Origin: an uncultured SAR86 cluster bacterium
GTDB lineage: Bacteria > Pseudomonadota > Gammaproteobacteria > Magnimaribacterales > AG-339-G14
Direction: 5' to 3'
Length of the DNA stretch: 64,000 nt
Assembly (NCBI GenBank): GCA_902525435.1
Contig: CABZHD010000004.1
Location: 29,133-93,132, forward strand
The notes under the pieces are model-generated. The model worked only from the letters and a program-made list of their open reading frames with translations, was not told the origin of the DNA and did not search any database. Positions 8,938 through 17,846 of the stretch are shown here, in pieces. The stretch's first letter is position 1; every line of letters begins with the position of its first letter. Position numbers and translations under genes: made by a program.

Positions 8938-10371
8938 ATGATTGATGTAGCAGTTATAGGCGCAGGTATCTCTGGGATAGGTGCAGCTTCTTATTTGACA
9001 ATGAAATGTCCAAATAAGAGTTTTCAAATTATCGAATCAAGGAAAAATATTGGTGGAACTTGGGACTTGTTCAAATATCCAGGAATTAGATCAGATTCCG
9101 ATATGTATACGATGGGTTACTCTTTCAAACCATGGAAGGAAGATAAAACACTTGCTGACGGATCGTCAATCCTAAGATATTTAGATGAGACTATTGATGA
9201 ATATCATCTCAGAGACAAAATTAGCTTCAACACTAAACTGACGTCTCTACATTGGAATTCTAATGAAGCCTGTTGGACGCTTGATTTAGTAACTCCTGAA
9301 GGAGAAAAGCAGATCAAAGCGAAATTTGTTTTTATGGGCACTGGATATTACAACTATGAAAAAGGGTATCTTCCTGATTTTAAAGGATCAGATTCGTATA
9401 AAGGAATAAAAATCCATCCCCAACATTGGCCTGAAGATTTAGACTATGAAAATAAAACTGTTGCTGTCATTGGAAGTGGCGCCACGGCTGCAACTGTTGT
9501 TCCAGCGGTAGCTGAGAAAGCTAATCATGTTTACATGATCCAAAGATCGCCAACTTATTATTTCCCTGTACCTGAAGTTAATGCATTCGGTGCTTTTCTA
9601 AAAAAGATTCTGCCCCATTCGTTGGCATATAAAATTGTGAGAACTAGGAACGTTTGGCTACAACAAACACTTTTCAAACATAGCAAGAAAAATCCAGAAA
9701 GAGTTAAGAATCTTCTTTTAGATGAAGTGAGAAAACATTTACCTGATGAATACGTAGATAAACACTTCACTCCTACCTACAATCCATGGGATCAGAGAAT
9801 CTGTGCTCTGCCAGAAGGTGATTTATTTAATGCTATAAACGAAAAAAGAGCATCTGTTATTACAGGCCATATAGACTCTTTTACAGAGACTGGCATTAAA
9901 ATGGAATCAGGAGAAGAAATCCAAGCAGATATTATTGTTACTGCTACAGGCTTGCAAATGCAATTTTTAGGTGGTGCTGATGTGAAAGTTGATAACAGAG
10001 AAATTAATATGCCTAATACTGTTGCTTATAAAGGAATGATGTACACAGGCGTGCCTAACCTGATTAATTCTTTTGGATACATTAATGCATCATGGACATT
10101 AAGATCGGATTTAACGTGTGAATTTATGTGCAAGTTAATTAATTATATGGATGAAAATAATATAACTCATTCATTACCAGATCCAGATATCCAAGTTACT
10201 GAGGATGATTGGTTAAATGGTTTTTCTTCAGGGTATTTGATGAGGTCAATGCATTTATTTCCAAAACAAGGTGAAAAATCTCCTTGGAGAAATAATCAAA
10301 ATTACTTTCAAGATCTTTTTGATATTAAATTCAAAAAAATTGATGACGGTGCATTAGTCTTGAAGAATTAA
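8938..10371 (+). CDS. FAD-dependent type I Baeyer-Villiger monooxygenase (flavin monooxygenase family)
   Basis: 477 aa with FAD Rossmann VAVIGAGISGIG, the BVMO fingerprint YKGIKIHPQHWP ([FY]xGxxxHxxxWP), and a second Rossmann VAVIGSGATA. Confidence 0.8.
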   Translation: MIDVAVIGAGISGIGAASYLTMKCPNKSFQIIESRKNIGGTWDLFKYPGIRSDSDMYTMGYSFKPWKEDKTLADGSSILRYLDETIDEYHLRDKISFNTKLTSLHWNSNEACWTLDLVTPEGEKQIKAKFVFMGTGYYNYEKGYLPDFKGSDSYKGIKIHPQHWPEDLDYENKTVAVIGSGATAATVVPAVAEKANHVYMIQRSPTYYFPVPEVNAFGAFLKKILPHSLAYKIVRTRNVWLQQTLFKHSKKNPERVKNLLLDEVRKHLPDEYVDKHFTPTYNPWDQRICALPEGDLFNAINEKRASVITGHIDSFTETGIKMESGEEIQADIIVTATGLQMQFLGGADVKVDNREINMPNTVAYKGMMYTGVPNLINSFGYINASWTLRSDLTCEFMCKLINYMDENNITHSLPDPDIQVTEDDWLNGFSSGYLMRSMHLFPKQGEKSPWRNNQNYFQDLFDIKFKKIDDGALVLKN

Positions 10372-11525
10372 TGGACGGATTTTTTAATATTTTTAGAGAA
10401 GTCTGGGAAGAGGGCCTTTTAGGAATAGGTCTAACAGAACTTTTTATATCCATCGGAATTTTAGTTATTGCTCTTTTGCTAAGAGCTTTCATCGTCAGTA
10501 GATTTTTTAAGTGGTTGGAATCAATTGCTGACAATACAGAAACAGAAGTTGATGACGTTGTATTTGAGTCCCTCAGGAAACCTGTGGGTTATGTTCCTAT
10601 AACGCTTGCTCTTTACTTAATAAGTATTTATTTGCCTTTATCAGGATCTCTGGGTTTATTTATAGAAAATTTAGTCAAAGCATCGCTAGCTTTCACAATT
10701 TTTAGCGTTTTTACCAACAGTGTTTCACCGCTTTTTTCCATGCTTACTGGCACCAGCTTTTTAACCGCCGCAATGACAATGTGGCTTGAGAAAGCCATAA
10801 GAGTTTTAATTTGGGTCATAGGCTTCGCAATAATTTTAGATATATTTGGAATTCAAATAGGGCCTATTATTGCAGGTTTGGGGTTATTCTCAGTTGCCGT
10901 TGCATTAGGTGCTCAAGATCTTTTCAAGAATTTAATCTCCGGAATTTTAATTATTGCTGAAAATAGATTTCAGCCAGGCGATAGAATTGAAGTGGAGGGT
11001 CATCTTCACGGAATGGTTGATAAAATTGGATTTAGGTCAACAGTCATAAGACTTTTCAATACCTCTCCTATGATCATTCCTAATAAAGATTTATCTGATG
11101 TAAAAGTTATCAATCACGGTGAGATGTATCACAGAAGAATAGATTGGAAAATAAACCTTGTCTATTCAACAACTCTCGAGCAACTAAAAGAAATATGCTC
11201 GAAAATTGATGAGTTTATAAAGGACTATGAAGGACTGGTGGAAAACGAAAAGCAAGAATCCTTTGCAAAAACTGTCGCCTTTAATTCAAGCTCTATTGAC
11301 GTCCAAATATTATGTTTTACTAATCCTTGTAATTTCACTGAGTTCTCAACCATCAAGCAAGACCTTGTATATTCAGTTATTGATATAGTTAGATCCAGTG
11401 GAAGTGAATTTGCCTTCCCTTCAAGGTCAATATATGTTGAATCAGGTGGCTCAGACGGCATTATGGATGAAAATGACGTACATGCCTCTGCTTTAATCAA
11501 TAGTGAAGCTGAGGATAAAAAATAA
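10371..11525 (+). CDS. mechanosensitive ion channel, MscS family
   Basis: 384 aa with N-terminal TM helices, then GLGLFSVAVALGAQDLFKNLISGILIIAENRFQPGDRIEV, the MscS pore-helix/beta-domain signature. Confidence 0.85.
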   Translation: MDGFFNIFREVWEEGLLGIGLTELFISIGILVIALLLRAFIVSRFFKWLESIADNTETEVDDVVFESLRKPVGYVPITLALYLISIYLPLSGSLGLFIENLVKASLAFTIFSVFTNSVSPLFSMLTGTSFLTAAMTMWLEKAIRVLIWVIGFAIILDIFGIQIGPIIAGLGLFSVAVALGAQDLFKNLISGILIIAENRFQPGDRIEVEGHLHGMVDKIGFRSTVIRLFNTSPMIIPNKDLSDVKVINHGEMYHRRIDWKINLVYSTTLEQLKEICSKIDEFIKDYEGLVENEKQESFAKTVAFNSSSIDVQILCFTNPCNFTEFSTIKQDLVYSVIDIVRSSGSEFAFPSRSIYVESGGSDGIMDENDVHASALINSEAEDKK

Positions 11526-11577
11526 TATTCTTTGTTCTCAAGTTTATTAAATTAGATATAATGTCAGCTGAGGATTT

Positions 11578-11991
11578 ATGAAAAAACCATTCCGCATTTC
11601 TTTACTTTTATTATTAACTTTTGCAGTTGGTTGCGCAAAACCCATCTTCTGGTATCAAACACCTCAACCATTGAATCTGCACTTTGATTTTGATCCAACA
11701 CTATTGAACTGTATTGAATTATCAGAAGAATCTGTAAGAGTTTCTAATATTGTAGAAGATCTTGCTGATAAGTTAGTTAACGAAGCGGATAGAAATGTGT
11801 CATCTGTTTTTTTTGGATTCAGGACAAACAATCCTCAGACTGGGAAAAATTATTTTGGAGTTGGTTCTGAATCTGTGAATCCAGCTGTATACGAGTTTAG
11901 AAGACTTCAATTATTACTCGAACAAATAGAAACCTTGCAGATCGATAACTGTTCTCCTACTGTAATTACAATTACAGAAGAGCAAGGATAA
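11578..11991 (+). CDS. lipoprotein, unknown function
   Basis: 137 aa with a signal peptide and lipobox LTFAVGC. It lies 12 nt upstream of the msrA/B fusion. Confidence 0.55.
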   Translation: MKKPFRISLLLLLTFAVGCAKPIFWYQTPQPLNLHFDFDPTLLNCIELSEESVRVSNIVEDLADKLVNEADRNVSSVFFGFRTNNPQTGKNYFGVGSESVNPAVYEFRRLQLLLEQIETLQIDNCSPTVITITEEQG

Positions 11992-12003
11992 TTTTTTTCT
12001 TAA

Positions 12004-13263
12004 ATGGCTTGCTTGCCAAATCTCTATAAGCCTTTTCTGTTCATATTAATTATTTTTGCTTCCACTGCTTTTTCTTCAAAAAATATAACTATTCATGAAG
12101 ACAAAATTGTTTTTGGAGCTGGATGTTTTTGGAGCGTTGAGAAAAAATTTGCAGAATTACCAGGAGTGATAAACGTTGAATCTGGTTACGCTGACGGTAT
12201 TGGTCTTGAACCTAGATATTCTGAAATAACAAAGTTTAAAAATAAATTCAATCCTGATAATTTTGCTGAGGTTGTTCAGGTTACATACGATAGGAATTCA
12301 ATTTCCTTAACCGATTTAATTAAGTTCTTCTTTGAACTGCATGATCCAACGCAAAAAAATAGACAAGGTAACGACATAGGAACTCAGTACCGATCTCTAA
12401 TATTATTTAATGATCAATCCGAAGAAATGTTATCCATCGAACTAAAAGATGAATATCAAATGCTGCTAAGAAAAGTAGGTTATGGAGATATAGTCACAAA
12501 TATAAAGAAATTAAAAAAGTTTTATCCTGCAGAAGAATATCATCAAGATTACTTAGTTAAGAATCCTAATGGCTACTGTCCAGATCATTCAACCGGTATT
12601 GTGTTTGAAGAAGTTGAAAAACCTAAGATTGATAACAGTTATTTACTTGCTGGCAAGTATATTTTAGTTTTGGATTCAGAATTTTGTCCTTACTGTACTA
12701 AGCTCAAAAATGAAGTTTTGTCTGATTATGAAGGTTCAATCCCGTTACATTATAGATATTCCTCAGATTTACATGATCTTCAATTATCATCTCCTACTTG
12801 GGCAACACCAACTATCTTTTTTATTGAAGATGGCGTTGAGAAATTTTCTCTTCAAGGATTTGTTCAAAGAGAAAACTTCTATAAGGCCCTTGGTATTTTT
12901 AAATTAGGAGAAAGTGAAGCCTATAGCGTTGCTTTTAATCAAGGAACGGACCCAGTCTTTTGCAAAGAATATGAGTTATTTAAAGATACCCCAGAGGGAG
13001 TTTTCATTGATAAGCTCAGCGGAGCCCCTCTTTTTGATACAAAAGATAGATTTAATTCCAGAACGGGATGGTTATCTTTTACTAAACCAGTAGATGGGTC
13101 GGTTACAGAGCACATGGACTACAGTTTTGGAATGACCAGGGTTGAAATTAAATCTAAATCTTCAGGAATACATCTCGGACACGTTTTTCAGGATGGGCCT
13201 AATGGACTTCCCAGATATTGCATCAATGCAACTGTGTTAGAATTCGTTCCCAGAAATATATAG
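12004..13263 (+). CDS. msrAB: secreted tri-domain peptide methionine sulfoxide reductase: MsrA / thioredoxin-fold (CPYC) / MsrB
   Basis: N-terminal signal-like helix. MsrA motifs are GAGCFWSVEKKF and YHQDYLVKNPNGYC. The central Trx-fold has FCPYC (nt 12685..12696) and the cis-Pro motif ATPT. MsrB motifs are GWLSFTKP, GHVFQDGP and RYCINA. Confidence 0.9.
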   Translation: MACLPNLYKPFLFILIIFASTAFSSKNITIHEDKIVFGAGCFWSVEKKFAELPGVINVESGYADGIGLEPRYSEITKFKNKFNPDNFAEVVQVTYDRNSISLTDLIKFFFELHDPTQKNRQGNDIGTQYRSLILFNDQSEEMLSIELKDEYQMLLRKVGYGDIVTNIKKLKKFYPAEEYHQDYLVKNPNGYCPDHSTGIVFEEVEKPKIDNSYLLAGKYILVLDSEFCPYCTKLKNEVLSDYEGSIPLHYRYSSDLHDLQLSSPTWATPTIFFIEDGVEKFSLQGFVQRENFYKALGIFKLGESEAYSVAFNQGTDPVFCKEYELFKDTPEGVFIDKLSGAPLFDTKDRFNSRTGWLSFTKPVDGSVTEHMDYSFGMTRVEIKSKSSGIHLGHVFQDGPNGLPRYCINATVLEFVPRNI

Positions 13264-13338
13264 ACACGTAGCTCAGTTGGTTAGAGTACTACCTTGACAT
13301 GGTAGGGGTCCCCGGTTCGAGTCCGGGCGTGTCTACCA
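13262..13338 (+). tRNA. tRNA-Val (anticodon GAC)
   Basis: Acceptor AGACACG/CGTGTCT, D-arm GCTCAGTTGGTTAGAGT, anticodon stem CTACC/GGTAG with loop TTGACAT, T-arm CCCGGTTCGAGTCCGGG, and CCA. It overlaps the msrAB stop codon by 2 nt. Confidence 0.9.
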
Positions 13339-13382
13339 TTTTAGAATTATCTTATAAGACAAATTACAGATATTATTCTTTG

Positions 13383-13898
13383 ATGAATAAATTGCTCGAA
13401 TCTTTTCTTCGTTCTGATCATGCTGGCGAAGTAGGCGCTGTTTACATATATAAAGGGATTCTCTCCATTGCTAAAGACCCGGCTTTGGTTGAGTTTTCAA
13501 AAAGACATTTAGAAACAGAAAAAGAACATTTACGAAAGATAGAAGAAGTTCTTCCGGTAAGCAAAAGAAGCAAGTTAGTTTGCATTTGGAAAGTTGCTGG
13601 CTATCTTCTAGGTTTTCTTCCTTCTCTCTTTGGCCCCAGAATAGTTTTTGCAACAATCGAAGCAGTTGAGTCTTTTGTAGAAGATCATTACGAAGAACAA
13701 CTCAAATACTTAAGGGCACAGAATGATCCTGATCAAGCCCTTATAGATCTCCTCCAATCCTGTCAGGATGATGAGATTGAGCATAAAAATGAGTCCGCAA
13801 TTAAAAAAAGATCTACTCCTGGATTCCTTCTAAACTTCTGGATGAAAATTGTAGGGTGGGGATCTTCATCTGCAGTCAAAGTAGCAAAAATAATCTAG
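13383..13898 (+). CDS. coq7: demethoxyubiquinone hydroxylase Coq7 (di-iron carboxylate)
   Basis: MNKLLESFLRSDHAGEVGAVYIYKG..., then ...ETEKEHL... and ...DDEIEHKN..., the E-x-x-H di-iron motifs. The track ORF start at 13299 lies inside tRNA-Val, so I use the ATG at 13383. Confidence 0.85.
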   Translation: MNKLLESFLRSDHAGEVGAVYIYKGILSIAKDPALVEFSKRHLETEKEHLRKIEEVLPVSKRSKLVCIWKVAGYLLGFLPSLFGPRIVFATIEAVESFVEDHYEEQLKYLRAQNDPDQALIDLLQSCQDDEIEHKNESAIKKRSTPGFLLNFWMKIVGWGSSSAVKVAKII

Positions 13899-13926
13899 AT
13901 AAGCCTACTTTTATTATTAAGCAATA

Positions 13927-13946
13927 TACTGTATATTTATACAGTA
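13927..13946. promoter_or_regulatory. LexA operator (SOS box) in front of umuDC
   Basis: TACTGTATATTTATACAGTA is a 19/20 match to the gammaproteobacterial consensus TACTGTATATATATACAGTA. It is a perfect CTGT-N8-ACAG palindrome 27 nt upstream of the umuD ATG. Confidence 0.9.
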
Positions 13947-13972
13947 TTTAATTTATTTTTTTATTTTTGCGA

Positions 13973-14380
13973 ATGATATCTGAAGATCAAAAGCGCAGGG
14001 TAAATCTGCCTCTTTTCAATGACAAAATTGCTGTTGGTTGGCCTAGTCCTGCAGATGATTACGTAGAGAGATCAATAGATTTAAATGAGTACCTGATAAA
14101 GAATTCAGCTGCGACCTACTTTTTAAGAGCTGCTGGCGATTCTATGATTAATGTGGGTATACATAATGATGCAATTTTAATAGTCGACCGAAGTATCGAG
14201 CCAACTGACGGCAAGATAGTCATCGCTTCGGTCGACGGATCTTATACCTGTAAGCGATTACAACTTTATCCTGAGCCTAGATTGGTCGCAGAAAATATTA
14301 AATATCCGCCTATTAAAATAGATAAAAAGGAAGATTTTGAAATAATTGGCGTTGTATTGGCCGCCATCAATCAATTTTGA
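13973..14380 (+). CDS. umuD: translesion DNA polymerase V accessory subunit UmuD (S24 LexA-like self-cleaving peptidase)
   Basis: Aligns along its length with E. coli UmuD: PLFNDKIAVGWPSPADDY, AAGDSM (Ser nucleophile) and YTCKRLQL (Lys). I prefer the ATG at 13973; the track uses the TTG at 13967. Confidence 0.9.
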   Translation: MISEDQKRRVNLPLFNDKIAVGWPSPADDYVERSIDLNEYLIKNSAATYFLRAAGDSMINVGIHNDAILIVDRSIEPTDGKIVIASVDGSYTCKRLQLYPEPRLVAENIKYPPIKIDKKEDFEIIGVVLAAINQF

Positions 14381-14387
14381 TTAAGAG

Positions 14388-15650
14388 ATGTTTGCTTTAG
14401 TAGATTGCAACAGCTTTTATGCTTCTTGCGAGAGAGTTTTTAGACCAGATCTAAAAGATAAACCAGTGGTCGTTTTATCAAATAATGATGGCTGTGTAGT
14501 GGCTCTCTCAAAAGAGGCCAAAAAGCTTGGTATTAAGATGTGTGATCCTTGGTATCAGATTGAGTCTTCTTATACCAAAAAAGGAGGTTATGCCTTTTCT
14601 TCTAATTATGAGCTTTACGCCGATATATCGGCACGCATAATGACAACGCTGGAACGACTATCTCCTAATATAGAAATCTATAGTATTGATGAAGCCTTTC
14701 TAGATTTAACGGGAGTTAATAATTGTCAAAATTTGCAGGATTTTGGAATGCAATGCAAAGAAACAATCAAACAATGGACGGGAATGCCCGTAAGAGTAGG
14801 CATCGCTCCAACTAAAACTTTATCTAAAATAGCAAGTTATGGAGCCAAATATTATCCAGCTACGCAAGGAGTGGTAGATTTATCTAAACCGGAAAGACAA
14901 AAAAAACTATTAAATTTGGTGCCTGTCCAAGAAGTCTGGGGAGTAGGCAGAAAGATTCACAAAAGATTAAACCAAATTGGTATTAGGACTGCCCTAGATC
15001 TTGCAATGATAGATACAAAATACGTAAGAAATAACTTCAACATAGTTCTTGCAAAAACAGTTAGAGAACTTAGGGGGGAACCTTGCATTGGCCTCGAAGA
15101 CCAGCCATCTGCAAAAAAACAAATTGTGGTTAGTCGAACCTTTAGTAAAAGGGTAGATGATTTGAGGACTTTAGAAGAGGCGGTAAGCGACTATGCAGCA
15201 CGAGCAGCAGCTAAGCTTAGGAGAGAAAATAGGAGATGTCTTTATGTTTCTGTTTTTATCAGAACAAATCCTTTCAGGACGCAAGATAGACAATATAGAA
15301 ACTCAGGAACAACTAGGTTGATTGCTCCAACTAGCGATACTAGAGATATTATTCAAAACGCAAAAAAGAGTCTCAGAGCCATATATAGATCGGGTTTTAA
15401 TTATATAAAGGCAGGAATATTACTTTCAGATTTTTATGATGATCAAATTCAGCAGTATGATTTTTTTTACCCTAAAGAAAGGACCTTACACAGCGATCAA
15501 CTCATGAATACCATAGATAAAATAAATAAGAAGGGATTACCGCCGGTTTATTTCTTAGCTCAGGGGATTAAGAGAAAATGGTCAATGAAGAGAGAGATCC
15601 AATCACCTAGATATACAACTTCTTGGAACGATCTTCCAAAAGTCAGTTAG
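14388..15650 (+). CDS. umuC: translesion DNA polymerase V catalytic subunit UmuC (Y-family)
   Basis: [39 protein letters not shown]..., [11 protein letters not shown] and VWGVGRK, canonical UmuC/Y-family motifs. Confidence 0.95.
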   Translation: MFALVDCNSFYASCERVFRPDLKDKPVVVLSNNDGCVVALSKEAKKLGIKMCDPWYQIESSYTKKGGYAFSSNYELYADISARIMTTLERLSPNIEIYSIDEAFLDLTGVNNCQNLQDFGMQCKETIKQWTGMPVRVGIAPTKTLSKIASYGAKYYPATQGVVDLSKPERQKKLLNLVPVQEVWGVGRKIHKRLNQIGIRTALDLAMIDTKYVRNNFNIVLAKTVRELRGEPCIGLEDQPSAKKQIVVSRTFSKRVDDLRTLEEAVSDYAARAAAKLRRENRRCLYVSVFIRTNPFRTQDRQYRNSGTTRLIAPTSDTRDIIQNAKKSLRAIYRSGFNYIKAGILLSDFYDDQIQQYDFFYPKERTLHSDQLMNTIDKINKKGLPPVYFLAQGIKRKWSMKREIQSPRYTTSWNDLPKVS

Positions 15651-16659
15651 ATTTTTTACTAGATACCCACGAAATATCTTCGTCATAATCCGATAGAGTT
15701 TGATCAACTCCAAGAATAAGAGAGATCAAAGCCATACGAACGAGAAGACCATTATCCGTCTGCCTGTATATGGCTAGGTTAGGATTTTCATTCATATCAG
15801 TATCAAGTTCATTAGCATCAGGACGAGAGTCTCTTGGAAGTGGATGCATAATAACTGTATTTGGCTCACAATTTTCAGTGTAGATATTTTGATTTAGTTT
15901 AAGAAGGCCTTTGTATTTATTAGCCTCTTTAGGAGAATCAAATCTTTCCTCTTGAACTCTGGTGACATAAATAATATCTACATCACCAATACCGGACTCT
16001 ATCGAATTGAATTCATTTATTTTCATTCCGTTATAGACTAGATCTTGTCTGATTTCAGGAGGAAGTTTTAATTGTTCAGGCGATATTAAGTTGAAGGATA
16101 TATTTTCAAATAAATTTAATGCTTTACAGAGAGAATGAACGGCTCTTCCAAATTTTAAATCTCCAACAAGAGCAATGTTGCTTCCGTCGATGGACTTACC
16201 TTTTGATTCCAGTTCAAGCTTGATGGTGAATAAGTCTAATAAAGCTTGACTAGGGTGTTCGTTTTCTCCATCTCCTGCATTGATTACAGGAACTCTTGAG
16301 GCCTCAGAAAATTCCTGGACAGAATTTTTTTCAGGATGCCTCATGACAATTAAATCGCTATAGCCGCTCAATACTCTGGCAGTGTCGTATAAAGACTCAC
16401 CTTTTGCGAGAGAGGAAGCTTCAATGCCGGTAGTTTCTCTTACCTCTCCACCCAAAAGATTGAAAGCACTTCCAAAACTAATTCTTGTCCTTGTGCTGGC
16501 TTCGAAGAACATATTACTCAGAATAGCTCCCTGAAGGACTCTAGTTTTTTTCTCCCGGTTAGCATATGGGATCATTTTTTCAGCTATTGAAAAAACTTTT
16601 ACGATATCGTCTTTGTCAAACTGATCTATGGAGAGGATATGATTGCCAAGAAACTCCAT
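15643..16659 (-). CDS. pyrB: aspartate carbamoyltransferase catalytic subunit
   Basis: 338 aa with [25 protein letters not shown] and MHPLPRD. No pyrI or pyrC-like gene is adjacent. The 3' end overlaps umuC convergently by 8 nt. Confidence 0.95.
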   Translation of the reverse strand: MEFLGNHILSIDQFDKDDIVKVFSIAEKMIPYANREKKTRVLQGAILSNMFFEASTRTRISFGSAFNLLGGEVRETTGIEASSLAKGESLYDTARVLSGYSDLIVMRHPEKNSVQEFSEASRVPVINAGDGENEHPSQALLDLFTIKLELESKGKSIDGSNIALVGDLKFGRAVHSLCKALNLFENISFNLISPEQLKLPPEIRQDLVYNGMKINEFNSIESGIGDVDIIYVTRVQEERFDSPKEANKYKGLLKLNQNIYTENCEPNTVIMHPLPRDSRPDANELDTDMNENPNLAIYRQTDNGLLVRMALISLILGVDQTLSDYDEDISWVSSKKSN

Positions 16660-16750
16660 GAAAGTATTCTAACATTGAAAGATTGTAAATTCTTTGAATA
16701 TTCCAAGATGAGACTATTGCAAATTTTCTTGACTGTGACATATTAAATCA

Positions 16751-17263
16751 ATGTCACAGGATTGCTTGCTACTTAATGGAAATGGAAAGCCAATAAGCTA
16801 CTTTCCTTTATCTGTTGTAGATTGGAAAACTGCTATCAAGTTAGTCGTTACCAGAAACGTGATAATTGTTAGAGAGCATCCAGATTGGTTTGTTCATTCA
16901 CCCAGCATGAAACTCAAAGTTCCAAGCATTATTATGTTGAGGAAATATTACAAGTATACAAATCACGTAAAATTTTCTAGATCCAACGTCTTTCTCAGGG
17001 ATATGTTCACATGCCAATATTGCAAAGAAGTCTTTCAGAGAAAGGAATTAACCATAGATCACATAATTCCAAAGTCAAAAGGAGGGGGATCGAGCTGGGA
17101 GAATGTCGTTACAGCATGCAAAGATTGCAATATTGCTAAAGCTGATAAATCTTTAGATCCTTCGCCTGTGGCAATAAAACCAAGTTATAAAGCACTATTA
17201 AAAGGCCAGAACTCTCAAATCGAATATAAAGACGATATGTGGAGAGAGTATATAGTTGCCTAA
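16751..17263 (+). CDS. HNH endonuclease-domain protein (COG1403-like)
   Basis: 170 aa with CQYCKEVFQRKELTIDHIIPKSKGGGSSWENVVTACKDCNIAK, an HNH/Zn-finger core. Confidence 0.8.
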   Translation: MSQDCLLLNGNGKPISYFPLSVVDWKTAIKLVVTRNVIIVREHPDWFVHSPSMKLKVPSIIMLRKYYKYTNHVKFSRSNVFLRDMFTCQYCKEVFQRKELTIDHIIPKSKGGGSSWENVVTACKDCNIAKADKSLDPSPVAIKPSYKALLKGQNSQIEYKDDMWREYIVA

Positions 17264-17264
17264 A

Positions 17265-17846
17265 TTATCCGTATTTGACTGAACAACCGTAAGGTCTCGT
17301 TTTTGAAACAGACAGGGGTTTATTCGACTTAATATCATTTATAACTTTTTTTACAAAATTAGTAGATTGATTTAAGTCCATTGTCCAAAACTTTGAACCT
17401 CCAGCATCATCAATCGCACCTTGATAAACAATATTTTTATTTTTATCAGCAATGAAAATATGAGGCGTGGTTTTTGCATTAAATTTATTACCTAAGTCAC
17501 CATTCTCATCAACTAAAATATGATCAGGAAAACTTCCAAAAGATGCAAAAGTATTCACTGCATCGTTTGGTTGAATATATCCTTGTTTACCTTCAGCAGA
17601 CGAAATCACTGTAATCCAAATCACGTTTTTACTTTTGGCAAACTTTTGAGTAGTTTGCATGTTATTTGATCCGTAATGTCTTTTGACGTAGGGGCATTCT
17701 AGATTTGACCATTCAAAAATGATTTCAGAGTCTATTTGAGAAAGATCAACCTCTTTTCCCTCTGAATTTATAAAATTTATATCATTGATATTAAAAGCTG
17801 AAACATTTAAAGATACAAGAAAGAGCAGGATGATAAGTTTTTTCAT
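17265..17846 (-). CDS. periplasmic thioredoxin-fold protein, PRX-like1 type (single Cys in place of CxxC)
   Basis: 193 aa with a signal peptide, WSNLECPYVKRHY (Cys-Pro-Tyr-Val at the CxxC position) and a C-terminal ...TRPYGCSVKYG tail typical of this family. It overlaps the DsbD-like gene by 4 nt. Confidence 0.7.
   Translation of the reverse strand: MKKLIILLFLVSLNVSAFNINDINFINSEGKEVDLSQIDSEIIFEWSNLECPYVKRHYGSNNMQTTQKFAKSKNVIWITVISSAEGKQGYIQPNDAVNTFASFGSFPDHILVDENGDLGNKFNAKTTPHIFIADKNKNIVYQGAIDDAGGSKFWTMDLNQSTNFVKKVINDIKSNKPLSVSKTRPYGCSVKYG

Noticed and set aside
13299-13382. N-terminal extensions of track ORFs that read through tRNA genes: 13299.. (coq7), 44740.. (SDR), 57391.. (thioesterase). 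Also the 66-aa antisense ORF 57833..58033 across tRNA-Arg/His.
   Set aside because: The extensions translate tRNA sequence (for example ...GSSPGVS..., ...AEVAGSSPVRS...). Good internal ATG starts with conserved protein N-termini lie just downstream of each tRNA. The antisense ORF is entirely tRNA sequence.
16751-17263. A lone HNH endonuclease gene next to umuDC/pyrB, considered as a restriction-modification or homing-element remnant.
   Set aside because: There is no methyltransferase, intron/intein context, repeats or a partner gene. Small stand-alone COG1403 HNH proteins of this size are widespread and conserved. There is nothing further to support a mobile or defence role.
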